This document shows positions 19,284-29,018 of a DNA stretch of 39,069 nt, in pieces; position 1 is the stretch's first letter; each line of letters begins with the position of its first letter. A model generated the notes under the pieces. That model had not been told where the DNA came from and ran no database searches. It worked only from the letters and a program-made list of their open reading frames with translations. The stretch is taken from contig CAZCRK010000010.1 of NCBI GenBank assembly GCA_964501035.1, forward strand, positions 1-39,069, read 5' to 3'. Made by a program: the position numbers and the translations under genes.

Positions 19284-20825
19284 ATGAAAACCGGAAAAGA
19301 GATATTTATAAATGTTTCTGCAGGTAGCACTCGTATTGCAATTACTGATAGTGGGGTGCTCTCAGAATTATTTATTGAACAACCAGATCATCAACGAATG
19401 GTCGGAAACATTTACAAAGGCAAGGTGCAAAATGTTATTCCTGGAATGCAAGCTGCGTTTGTGGATATAGGATATAGTATTAATGCATTTTTACCATTTT
19501 CTGAAATTGGAAATATGGAAAATAATCTGGCATTTTCAATTGATGACGATGATGAAGAGTCAGTACAAACTAATAAAAAAAATAGTGCAAAAAAAGAAAA
19601 TCCTGCAGTTGATTTAAAAGTAAATGATGAAATATTAATTCAAGTTATTAAAGAACCATTTAGTGGCAAGGGACCACGAATAACAACAGATGTTTCTATC
19701 CCAGGCAATATGATGGTTTTAGTTCCTAATGCAAATTATATTGGCATATCTAGGAAAATTTCAGATAAATATGAGAAAAGACGGCTCCGTAGAATTGTCA
19801 AAAACTTTAAACCTGAAAATTTTGGAATCATAGTGAGAACTATTGCTCAAGGAAAAGATCAAAAATTGTTAGAAGGTGATTTCAAACGACTTTGGGATAT
19901 TTGGGAGCAAACAAATGAAACTGTTGTACAGAAAAATGCACCCGTTCTTGCCTATCAAGATTTTGCTACATCAGATAGAGTTATTCGAGATTTATTTACA
20001 TCAGAAACCAACCGGTTGGTCATTGATAACAAACCACTGTTTCGTCGCGTTTCAAGTTATGTAAAAGAAACCAACCCCACACAAATAAACAAAATTGAGT
20101 ATAAGCATAAACGCGGGTCTATTTTTGATCAGTATAAAATCGAAGATCAGATTGATAAAAGTTTACGTCGTAAAGTATGGCTTAAGAGTGGAGCATATTT
20201 AATTATAGAACACACAGAAGCTATGGTGGTTGTAGATGTAAATAGTGGGCGGTTTATTGGGAAGAAGAACCATGAAGAGAATTCTTTAAAAATCAATTTA
20301 GAAGCTGCACGAGAAACTGCAAGACAGTTAAGACTTCGTGATATCGGGGGGCTAATTGTAATTGATTTTATTGATTTACAAGAACCCGCTAATAGAAAAA
20401 AAGTGTATGAAGAATTGAAAAATACTTTAAAACAAGATAGAGCTAAAGTATCTCTATCAGAATTTTCTAGTTTTGGTCTTCTTGAAATGACTAGACAAAG
20501 AATTCGTTTGAGTTTACTTCATACGGTAAGTGAAGAGTGCCCAACATGTAACGGTTTAGGGAGAATATCTTCAAAAGACACTATCATTACCAAAATTGAA
20601 AATTGGTTAAAACGTTTTAGAGCAAAAGCTAAAGATAGACGGTTAGTGATTTATCTGCATCAAAACATGGTTGATTATATCAATGAGACAAAATCAAAGG
20701 TGATAAGTGGGTTTATGTGGGATAATTGGATGTTGATAGATATTCAAGCAGACCCTCAACTCTCGTTAGATGAATTTAAAGTTTATTCGAAAAAACGAAA
20801 AAAGGATGTTACTTCAGAAGTTTAA
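19284..20825 (+). CDS. rng: Ribonuclease E/G family (RNase G-sized)
   Basis: S1 motif GNIYKGKVQNVIPGMQAAFVDIG, VDVNSG, RLRDIGGLIVIDFID, CPTCNGLG; 513 aa with no long scaffold tail. Confidence 0.93.
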   Translation: MKTGKEIFINVSAGSTRIAITDSGVLSELFIEQPDHQRMVGNIYKGKVQNVIPGMQAAFVDIGYSINAFLPFSEIGNMENNLAFSIDDDDEESVQTNKKNSAKKENPAVDLKVNDEILIQVIKEPFSGKGPRITTDVSIPGNMMVLVPNANYIGISRKISDKYEKRRLRRIVKNFKPENFGIIVRTIAQGKDQKLLEGDFKRLWDIWEQTNETVVQKNAPVLAYQDFATSDRVIRDLFTSETNRLVIDNKPLFRRVSSYVKETNPTQINKIEYKHKRGSIFDQYKIEDQIDKSLRRKVWLKSGAYLIIEHTEAMVVVDVNSGRFIGKKNHEENSLKINLEAARETARQLRLRDIGGLIVIDFIDLQEPANRKKVYEELKNTLKQDRAKVSLSEFSSFGLLEMTRQRIRLSLLHTVSEECPTCNGLGRISSKDTIITKIENWLKRFRAKAKDRRLVIYLHQNMVDYINETKSKVISGFMWDNWMLIDIQADPQLSLDEFKVYSKKRKKDVTSEV

Positions 20826-20880
20826 CTTGCTATGTAAAATTGTTTTAGAATAAATTTATAAGCTAATTTAGGATGTAATT

Positions 20881-21321
20881 ATGTACGCATTAATAGAATA
20901 CGCTGGTAAACAGTATAAAGTTGAAGAAGGAATGGAATTAAAAGTACCTCATGTTACTGCAAAAGAGGGCTCAAAAGTTTCCATTGATAAGATTTTGTAT
21001 TTTGATGATGGATCCAAACAAAATGTTGGAAGTCCATACATTAAGAATATGTCAATTGACGCTAAAGTGCTTTCTCATGGCAGAGAAAGGAAGTTGATTG
21101 TTTTTAAATTTAAAAGACGAAAAGGGTATCAACGAAAAAATGGCCATCGTCAAGAATTTAGTACAATTAAAATTGGTAAATTAGGTTCAGCAAAGAAAGC
21201 TACTCCAAAAACGAAAGCTAAAACAGCAAAACCTAAAGCTACAAAAAAACCTGCTGCAAAGAAGTCATCAGCAAAGAAGTCAACAGCAAAGAAGTCAACA
21301 GCAAAGAAAGAGAGTAAATAA
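20881..21321 (+). CDS. rplU: 50S ribosomal protein bL21 with Lys/Ala-rich C-terminal tail
   Basis: [31 protein letters not shown]; directly upstream of rpmA. Confidence 0.97.
   Translation: MYALIEYAGKQYKVEEGMELKVPHVTAKEGSKVSIDKILYFDDGSKQNVGSPYIKNMSIDAKVLSHGRERKLIVFKFKRRKGYQRKNGHRQEFSTIKIGKLGSAKKATPKTKAKTAKPKATKKPAAKKSSAKKSTAKKSTAKKESK
21256..21308 (+). repeat. 15-bp coding tandem repeat GCAAAGAAGTCA(T/A)CA, about 3.5 copies
   Basis: Units start at 21256, 21271, 21286, with a partial unit at 21301; encodes [18 protein letters not shown]. Confidence 0.9.
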
Positions 21322-21578
21322 TGGCACATAAGAAAGGTGTTGGAAGCTCCAAGAACGGTAGAGATAGTAATGCTAATAGGTTAGGTGTTAAGCGAACTGA
21401 TGGGCAAACTGTCTCAGCAGGTTCAATAATTGTTAGACAACGAGGTACTCAAATTCACCCTGGACTAAATGTGGGCAAAGGAAAAGATGACACTCTATTT
21501 GCGATGACAGATGGTAAAGTAAAGTTTCATCGAAAAGGTAGAGATAAAAAACAAGTAAGTATAATAGCAGAAAGTTAG
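21321..21578 (+). CDS. rpmA: 50S ribosomal protein bL27
   Basis: [34 protein letters not shown]. Confidence 0.98.
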   Translation: MAHKKGVGSSKNGRDSNANRLGVKRTDGQTVSAGSIIVRQRGTQIHPGLNVGKGKDDTLFAMTDGKVKFHRKGRDKKQVSIIAES

Positions 21579-21601
21579 TGATACTGTAATATATTATTTA
21601 G

Positions 21602-21637
21602 AAGCCCCATCAATATTTTGATTGGGGCTTTTATTTT
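21602..21637 (+). terminator. Intrinsic terminator after rpmA
   Basis: AAGCCCCA-TCAA-tatt-TTGA-t-TGGGGCTT followed by TTATTTT. Confidence 0.8.
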
Positions 21638-24004
21638 ATGAAATTATTTAAAACTAAACAGACATTTATCATAACCACTTTATTGATGGGTAGTTTTTTG
21701 TTTTCATCCAACATATCTGGCACAATAAGAGATGCTCAATCTGGAGAGCCGCTTCCGTACACCAGCATTGTGTTAACCCAAACTGGCAAAGGCACTGCAG
21801 CTGATGTAAATGGATATTACATTTTACCCGATATTTTACCCGGGCAATATACTATTAAAATTATGATGATTGGATACGTTACGTTTGAAGAAACTATTAA
21901 AGTTCTAGAAAGTGGTAAAAAGTTTAACTTTGAACTCCACCCAGAGCCAATCAAAGGCAAGGAAGTAAAAGTTTCTGCGGAGCGGATGAGGTTTGAAAAA
22001 AGGGTTGATATTAGTAGAGTTAACTTGACCAATAAAGATATTCGAAAAACCACTGCATTTATTGAATCTGATTTATTTCGAACTATTCAACTGCTCCCAA
22101 GTGTGAGTTCAAGCAACGATTTTAATGCTGCATTAATTGTTAGAGGTGGTAGTCCTGATGAAAATTTAATATTGCTAGATGGAACTGAAATTTATAATCC
22201 CTATCACATTGGAGGAATATTTTCAACTTTTAATGCAGATATGATTTCTGATTCAGAATTTCTTGCTGGTGGGTTTCCATCTAACTATGGAGGACGTTTA
22301 TCGTCTGTGTTAAGTATTACAACACGCGAAGGTGATTCTAAAAATGGAAGACTTTCAGAATCAAATCCATTGAAGAAATATTGGGATTTTAGTAAAGGAG
22401 CAGGTAATATTAGTTTGTTATCTTCAAAAATTATGGTTGAAGGGCCATTATATAATGGGTCCTGGATGTTATCAGGTAGACGAACTTACTTTGATCAATT
22501 TGTAAAACTCTATTATACATTGCAAGATGGAGAGTCACCTTTTGATTACTATTTTGGTGATGTTCACTTTAAAGCTAAAACTTCATTAAATGCAAATAAT
22601 CAGTTAATTTATAGCCAGTTTTCTGGAAGTGATGATTTATACATGTCTATTGGAGGAGATGATTTTCCTGGAATTAGATTTAACTGGGATTGGGGTAATG
22701 CGACTAAAAACCTTACATGGAAATATATTCCAAATTCAACTTACTTTGTTAATACAAGCATCTCACAAACTAAATATATTTTTGATGTAGATTTTTCTGT
22801 TTCGTTTATAAGTAATGATGATGATTCAACAAACTCAGAAGATTTATCTGTGAAAATTGATAATCTTGTTGAAGATTTTACGTTTAAACAAGATTTGAAA
22901 TATATATTTACAGATAAAATTAAATTCAGCTTAGGTTGGGAGTTAAAATCTCTTAACATGGATTATAGTGAATACTTTGCAGGGACAGAAACAGCTCATT
23001 TATATTCTAATCCATCCATTTTATCTGGATATATACACACTGTTTTAAATCCAATTCCATTAATTCATTTTAGTTCAGGTATTCGAGTTTCAAATTATAG
23101 CAAATATGATGAGACCATTGTAAATCCAAGTGTTGGCATCAAATACACACCCCATTCTGATTTAGCATTAAAGGCAAGTTGGGGAAAATATTCTCAGTTT
23201 TTATATACAATAAATCAAGAGGAAGAATTACTTAGAATAGTCGATTTCTGGCAACCCATCCCAGATGGTAAAAAGCCACAAGAATCTACTCACTATATTA
23301 TTGGAGGTGAGTTATGGATTTCTGAAGGAAATATTTTTTCGATTGAATCTTATTTTAAGACTTACAATCATATTTATGATTTAAATCCAATGGTTTCAGG
23401 TACAGATATTGAAGGAACTCTTGCCATACCTGGGACAGGAGAAGCATATGGTTTAGAACTACTTTATCGTCTTAAAAAAGATAAACTATCTGGTTGGGTC
23501 AGTTATGCTTATTCGCATATTGAACGAGAAGTTGACTTTAATTCCGATGGTAAAATTTGGCCTGAACAAGAAAATTATTCAGCTAAGTATGATAAACCTC
23601 ATTCATTTAGTGCTGTTCTCAATTATGAGTTTAATCAAAAGTATGCTATGGGTTCTAGTTTGATTTTTGGAAGCGGTCAAACCTATACACCCGTTGTAGG
23701 AAAAGTGCATCAGTCAGGTATAAATGATTTTACTGGACTTGATAATCCATATTATAACTTTGGTAATATTTATGGTGCAAAAAACAGTGCACGGTATCCA
23801 AACTATTTCAGAATTGATGTGAGTTTATCAAAGAAAACAAACACATTTGGTTTAAATGGCACTTGGAAATTCCAAATTATAAATGTGACCAATCATTTCA
23901 ACGTGCTACTATATAACTGGGATCATGAATCTTCTCCATCCAAAGTTCAAGCTTACAGCATGTTTCCAACAATATTGTCATTTGGATGGGAGTTTGAGTT
24001 TTAA
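21638..24004 (+). CDS. TonB-dependent receptor with N-terminal carboxypeptidase-regulatory-like domain
   Basis: Signal peptide, ISGTIRDAQSGEPLP, plug motifs VRGGSPDENLILLDG and GGFPSNYGGRLSSVL, RYPNYFRIDV, C-terminal WEFEF. Confidence 0.92.
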   Translation: MKLFKTKQTFIITTLLMGSFLFSSNISGTIRDAQSGEPLPYTSIVLTQTGKGTAADVNGYYILPDILPGQYTIKIMMIGYVTFEETIKVLESGKKFNFELHPEPIKGKEVKVSAERMRFEKRVDISRVNLTNKDIRKTTAFIESDLFRTIQLLPSVSSSNDFNAALIVRGGSPDENLILLDGTEIYNPYHIGGIFSTFNADMISDSEFLAGGFPSNYGGRLSSVLSITTREGDSKNGRLSESNPLKKYWDFSKGAGNISLLSSKIMVEGPLYNGSWMLSGRRTYFDQFVKLYYTLQDGESPFDYYFGDVHFKAKTSLNANNQLIYSQFSGSDDLYMSIGGDDFPGIRFNWDWGNATKNLTWKYIPNSTYFVNTSISQTKYIFDVDFSVSFISNDDDSTNSEDLSVKIDNLVEDFTFKQDLKYIFTDKIKFSLGWELKSLNMDYSEYFAGTETAHLYSNPSILSGYIHTVLNPIPLIHFSSGIRVSNYSKYDETIVNPSVGIKYTPHSDLALKASWGKYSQFLYTINQEEELLRIVDFWQPIPDGKKPQESTHYIIGGELWISEGNIFSIESYFKTYNHIYDLNPMVSGTDIEGTLAIPGTGEAYGLELLYRLKKDKLSGWVSYAYSHIEREVDFNSDGKIWPEQENYSAKYDKPHSFSAVLNYEFNQKYAMGSSLIFGSGQTYTPVVGKVHQSGINDFTGLDNPYYNFGNIYGAKNSARYPNYFRIDVSLSKKTNTFGLNGTWKFQIINVTNHFNVLLYNWDHESSPSKVQAYSMFPTILSFGWEFEF

Positions 24005-25397
24005 TGAAAATGTTTTACATTCTAGCTACAAGTTTGTTTATTTTTTCGTGCTCAAAAACTTTGGATATTAATGATTTCTCAAGTGATTTCTATGGATATG
24101 AATCCGAAATTAAAATTGAAGCCGTAATTTTACCCACTGAAAATACCGCAATTGTTCGCATCGATAGATCATACACCTTAAATGACACTACACTGTTTGA
24201 TTGTTTAGATAATGATGGTGATTGGGATATTCTTTTTGATGATTTAGGAACAGATGGAGTGGATAGTGCTTCAAATGCATGGCTCTCGCCTGATGAAGAT
24301 GGAACCGAGGGAAATGGAATTCCTGATTGTGGTGAACCTCATGTTGATGAATATGACGAAGTATTACCAAAAATTCATATAACGGATTGTACTGTAGCTA
24401 TTAAACACAATAATGAAACATGTGAAATGGTTTTTGATTCTACCGCCGGTTCATTTTTTTATAATGAATACAAAGGGTATCACTCAATGAAAGGAACAGA
24501 AATTGCTTCCTATGGTGCGTATGTTCCAAATTCTTGTAGTAATGTTAACTGGCAAGATTTTGAAGGTGAATATTCTTTTACTGCTGAATGTCCTGAATTT
24601 GAAGAAAATGGACTAATTATATCTAATACACCTATTCAAATTTCTCAACCAGTTGTATTTTTTGATTATTTAGACTTTGAGAGTATGTCTAATTGCCAAA
24701 CACAAGACTGTCTTGCATCGAGTACTTCAATTACAGACAATGATACATTGTTTTTTGCTAAACATTCTGATGACCAATTCCTTTTTTATGCATCGTTGTT
24801 AGATTTTCCATATTTCCAGTTAATGCAGTTTCATCAATCCAAGGAAGATGATGCATATTATTTAACGCATGAACATCCACTCCAAGCGACTGATGTAGAA
24901 CATATAATTGGCAATGTATGTTTAATACCTGAACCGATTGTAACAGATTTTGTAGATTTTGATGAAGATGAAATTGGTGAATTAGATGTTTCAAAATATG
25001 TAGTTTATACTTTCTCGGAAAGTTTTACAAACTACTACTTTTTTGACCTTTTGGATATTCAAGACCCAGAAAGAAGCAATTTAAGAGATGCATCTGGAAA
25101 CACAATTATGGGTACATTTGGTTCCATGACATCCAATTCTATAAATTTACGAATTGTCGATTGTNNNNNNNNNNNNNNNNNNNNNNNNNNNNNNNNNNNN
25201 NNNNNNNNNNNNNNNNNNNNNNNNNNNNNNNNNNNNNNNNNNNNNNNNNNNNNNNNNNNNNNNNGGGTACATTTGGTTCCATGACATCCAATTCTATAAA
25301 TTTACGAATTGTCGATTGTAACCAATTTACTAATGGAAATGACTGTTTAGAAAATTCAAAGGGAGTTTGTGATTGTTATCAATACAAAGTTAAATAA
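24004..25397 (+). CDS. Acidic lipoprotein partner of the TonB receptor (DUF4249-like), interrupted by an assembly gap
   Basis: Lipobox-like FIFSC (Cys16), TAATG coupling to the receptor, late motif SNL......MGTFGS. Collapsing the duplicated 55 bp around the Ns gives a 412 aa ORF ending ...RIVDCNQFTNGNDCLENSKGVCDCYQYKVK. Confidence 0.72.
25110..25319. other. Scaffold gap (100 N) flanked by an identical 55-bp overlap
   Basis: 25110-25164 is identical to 25265-25319; Ns at 25165-25264. Confidence 0.95.
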
Positions 25398-25398
25398 T

Positions 25399-26331
25399 TT
25401 AGCTTCTAATAAACTTAATATTGCGTTTTAATCCAGAGTACTTTGTTCTTTTTACTGCACTTTTTTTAAATAATTTTTTATACTCAATTTCAGATAAAGT
25501 AAACCATTCTTCCAAGGTGCGATGTTGTAAATTGCTTCTGGGTTTAAAATGAGTATCTTCTGTATGAGTTTCATCTTTGTGGTTCCATGGGCATACTTCC
25601 TGGCAAATATCACAACCATAAATCCATCCATCAAATTTACTACCAAGTTCTGATGGAATTTCGTCCCTGTTTTCTATCGTGAGGTATGAAATACATTTGT
25701 TTGAATTGATCACATAGGGATTTTTAATTGCGTGGGTTGGACATGCATCCAAACACGCTGTGCAGGTTCCACAATAATCTTCTAAAAATGGATTATCATA
25801 ATCAAGTTCTGTGTTTACAATTAACTCACTTAAAAACACCCATGAACCCATTTCTGGACTAATTAAGTTGCTATGTTTACCAATCCATCCCAAACCTGCC
25901 CGTTGTGCCCACATTCTTTCCAAAACGGGTGTTGTATCCACACTAACAATTCCTTCTATCTTTGAGTTTAAACTTTGAATAAAAGAAAGTAAGTCAAACA
26001 GTCGTTTTTTGATAATATCATGATAGTCATCTCCCCAAGCATAGTTAGATATTTTTCCTACACCTTCAGAGGAATCCGCATTACCTGTAAAATAATTGGT
26101 TGCTAAACTAATGATAGATTTGGCTTCAGGATAGTAATTGAAAATATTACTTCGTTCATCTTTTCGCTTTTCCATCCAATGCATTTTTGCATGAAAATTT
26201 TTGTTAAACCATGTATCTAAACGGATTTTATCTTGAGGATATTCTTTTGCGGGTGTTACTCCAACCAAACTAAACCCTAAATCAATTGCTTTTTGTTTGA
26301 TTAACTGAGTTACATCACCGATGTTTTTCAT
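25399..26331 (-). CDS. queG: Epoxyqueuosine reductase
   Basis: YAWGDDYH, VDTTPVLER, AGLGWIGK, CGTCTACLDACPT, CISYLTIE, GCDICQEVCPWN. Confidence 0.96.
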   Translation of the reverse strand: MKNIGDVTQLIKQKAIDLGFSLVGVTPAKEYPQDKIRLDTWFNKNFHAKMHWMEKRKDERSNIFNYYPEAKSIISLATNYFTGNADSSEGVGKISNYAWGDDYHDIIKKRLFDLLSFIQSLNSKIEGIVSVDTTPVLERMWAQRAGLGWIGKHSNLISPEMGSWVFLSELIVNTELDYDNPFLEDYCGTCTACLDACPTHAIKNPYVINSNKCISYLTIENRDEIPSELGSKFDGWIYGCDICQEVCPWNHKDETHTEDTHFKPRSNLQHRTLEEWFTLSEIEYKKLFKKSAVKRTKYSGLKRNIKFIRS

Positions 26332-26335
26332 GGGG

Positions 26336-27064
26336 TTAAAGGGTGTCTAATAAATTTGTAGCTTCATCTATTAATAAGACATCACCTTCATCTTTAGCGG
26401 GCAAAGAGATAGCAATTTCAAATTCCTGTTTAGCACTATCTTCTTGGTCTAGCTCAATATATGTTTTACCTAGCCACACATGATGCCGAACATCGTCAGG
26501 TGCTACAGAAATCGCCTTAATAAAAAATTCAACTGCTTTTTCATAACTACCTTCTGGCGGTGCTTCATATACCCAGCTTGCAATTTTGCGTTCAAACCAA
26601 CTTAAGTTTGAAATTTCATAATGCCATCTACCCATTACATGATAGGTTCCATCATAGTTTGGGTCTAACTCAATTGCTTTTAAAGCAAATTTTTCAACAT
26701 CATATGAGTTAATTATTTTTTGTTCAGTTCCTTCTAACATTCCAATTTTACCAATTAACACAGCATACCAATGGTGTGCTCTTGCCGAATTTGGATTTAG
26801 CTCAACAGCTTCTTTAGCAGATTCAAACCCAGGATAAAAATGAGTTTTATGAATTGAAATATCACTCGTTTGGTCTGCAATTTCAAAATGAGCACTCGCT
26901 TTTCTCCATAGCAACTCAGCATCTTGAGGATATGCCGTCATTAAACTATTTATTTCTTCTAAGGCAAGTTCATATCGACTATGATCAATATGTTCATCGA
27001 TTATTGTAAACCTATCGTCGGAAAATAAAACCCCAATACAGAGTATTAACCAAACAATTCTCAT
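26336..27064 (-). CDS. Exported TPR protein resembling the RMDN (regulator of microtubule dynamics) TPR domain
   Basis: Signal peptide; ELLWRKA, AHHWYAVLIG, KAIELDP, MGRWHYEISNLSWFERKIA, PPEGSYEKA, LGKTY. Confidence 0.75.
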   Translation of the reverse strand: MRIVWLILCIGVLFSDDRFTIIDEHIDHSRYELALEEINSLMTAYPQDAELLWRKASAHFEIADQTSDISIHKTHFYPGFESAKEAVELNPNSARAHHWYAVLIGKIGMLEGTEQKIINSYDVEKFALKAIELDPNYDGTYHVMGRWHYEISNLSWFERKIASWVYEAPPEGSYEKAVEFFIKAISVAPDDVRHHVWLGKTYIELDQEDSAKQEFEIAISLPAKDEGDVLLIDEATNLLDTL

Positions 27065-27066
27065 AT

Positions 27067-27867
27067 TTAAAACCTTTCAGAATACATAATTTTCACTTCA
27101 CGATTTGTATAATCAGCACCTACTTTTTTATTAATATCATTAAAGTTTACTTCGAGCATTAAATTAGATGCAACAGACCAACGAATACCTGCATTTAATA
27201 GACCAACCTTCCCACCGAATGTAATATCGTCTAAATTATTTATTTCATAATCATTTTCATTAAGAGCTGCATTATATTCAATTAAGAACGAAAAACTCCG
27301 ATTAAGTTCTTTATCTATTCCAAAAAAGAAATTTACATCTTCATCACCGTCATCATTTTCGGTTATCGATTTATTCAACCCAATATGAACACCCAAATTC
27401 CCCATCACATTCCAATTTTTGGAAGATATTACATACATTCCCCAAGATTTTACTTCATATTTATTTACTTCTGTTGAGTCAGTTTCACTTTCATAAATAT
27501 AATTATGGTATGCACCTTTACCTTGAGTATCTAACCCAAACACAATAGCTGGTCTTGATTGGGTTTCTTCAAATGCTCTATATTTTACTTGAACTTCTGG
27601 CGATGCTTTGTTTATACTTGGTTCATTATTGCCTATAAAATTTTGAACACCATATGACATTCCAAAACTAAAATTGTCGGTTAGTCCAACAAATAATCGT
27701 GGTAAAATTCCACCATTTTTCATTAAGATAGTTTCAAATGTAAACGATCCTTTTGGTAAAGTTCCAGCAGTTGGAATCGTCACTAAATCTAAAGGTGGAA
27801 ATGGTTGCTCACTTTGTGCAAAAATGGCTGAACCAGTTAACAATATTAGTAATATTTTTTTCATCAT
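27067..27867 (-). CDS. Outer-membrane beta-barrel protein (YjbH-like)
   Basis: Signal peptide, LVTIPTAGTLPKG, KYRAFEE...PAIVFG, YVISSK, FFGIDK, LNAGIRW, C-terminal F. Confidence 0.65.
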   Translation of the reverse strand: MMKKILLILLTGSAIFAQSEQPFPPLDLVTIPTAGTLPKGSFTFETILMKNGGILPRLFVGLTDNFSFGMSYGVQNFIGNNEPSINKASPEVQVKYRAFEETQSRPAIVFGLDTQGKGAYHNYIYESETDSTEVNKYEVKSWGMYVISSKNWNVMGNLGVHIGLNKSITENDDGDEDVNFFFGIDKELNRSFSFLIEYNAALNENDYEINNLDDITFGGKVGLLNAGIRWSVASNLMLEVNFNDINKKVGADYTNREVKIMYSERF

Positions 27868-29018
27868 TTAGAATTTCCTATTTTACTTGATACAATTTCT
27901 TGGGTAACAATATTCCCAAATTTATCCTTTTCAATCACTTCGTACTGAGCAGTTTTTGGATCAAAAATACTTTCAAACTCTCTAATTTTAGTATCTGAGT
28001 TACCTAAATACCATGATTCATTAATCAAATGGTTTTTCTCATCATAATCCATTAAAATGTTTCCAATAGAATACCCATTCATAGATTCAAATTGGTATGA
28101 TTCAATGAGACCATCTTCTGTGTAGAATATTTTTAATAAGTGATCATAATAATGAGGAACAAAACCGGGTGAAAATATATAATCAAAAAACCGATTTGAA
28201 ATTGAATTTTCTCCAAACCATGCTTTAAATTTTGGTATGCCGTTTACTGAATCTTGGAAGTAATCTAACAACCCATTTTGCTTGTACACATAAACACGCT
28301 TTAATACTGTAGAATCTAATTCACTTCCCCAATAAATACTGGAAACTCGACCATTATTATTGCGTAACACTCGCATACTATGATCAGGATCAATTTGATT
28401 TTTAAATAACTGCAAACCTTTCACTAAAGCGTTCATATCTTTATAATATTCGAAATCGACCTGAGGAGTCATATCAACCACTATATCTTCATTCTGTGTA
28501 ATAAACTCTTCAATTTCTTCTGAGAGTTCAGGACGTAAGTCACGTAAATAATATAAATAGTCTTTGTAGCTTTTTAATTTTAACCTATAATATTCATAGG
28601 TTTCAATATATTGCCGTTTGATTATATTTGCTTGAGTTTGAAATACATTTTTTTCTTTAGCTTTCTCTGACCAAGTTAAAGGTTTGTATGTATATTTTAA
28701 TTCCGGTTTATCACCAGCAATAATATAAGGTTCTTCTCCGAGTTCTTCTTCAAATTTTCTAATGTATTGAATAAACTTAACATCAATTTCATTAAACCGA
28801 GAATCTAGATATTTATGCTCTTCATAGATTGCATGTGCTACGGATTGGTAGAATTGATGTTTATCATTTTCAACATCAATTATATCTGCAATTTTTTCAA
28901 AATCTAAGAGATCATTAATAGATTCTTTTACTTCATCAACAAGATATGGGCTATCAACATTAACCGAAAACAATACAGTCAAAAAAACAAACCAAACTAA
29001 GTTGAATATCTTATTCAT
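27864..29018 (-). CDS. Hypothetical exported protein
   Basis: 384 aa, hydrophobic N-terminus, helical first half and Tyr/Gly-turn beta-hairpin-like second half; ATGA overlaps on both sides. Confidence 0.65.
   Translation of the reverse strand: MNKIFNLVWFVFLTVLFSVNVDSPYLVDEVKESINDLLDFEKIADIIDVENDKHQFYQSVAHAIYEEHKYLDSRFNEIDVKFIQYIRKFEEELGEEPYIIAGDKPELKYTYKPLTWSEKAKEKNVFQTQANIIKRQYIETYEYYRLKLKSYKDYLYYLRDLRPELSEEIEEFITQNEDIVVDMTPQVDFEYYKDMNALVKGLQLFKNQIDPDHSMRVLRNNNGRVSSIYWGSELDSTVLKRVYVYKQNGLLDYFQDSVNGIPKFKAWFGENSISNRFFDYIFSPGFVPHYYDHLLKIFYTEDGLIESYQFESMNGYSIGNILMDYDEKNHLINESWYLGNSDTKIREFESIFDPKTAQYEVIEKDKFGNIVTQEIVSSKIGNSK

Noticed and set aside
21256..21308. CRISPR-like array
   Set aside because: Contiguous 15-bp coding repeat with no spacers and no cas genes in the window.
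25110..25319. 55-bp direct repeat as a biological repeat or insertion target duplication
   Set aside because: It flanks exactly 100 Ns, the signature of a scaffolding overlap. Track ORF 25161-25397 and the VHLVP ending are artefacts.
25399..26331. queG as a functional part of the DNA-utilisation locus (queuosine salvage)
   Set aside because: Only adjacency supports it; it is a cytoplasmic tRNA-modification enzyme separated from the nucleases by three unrelated genes.
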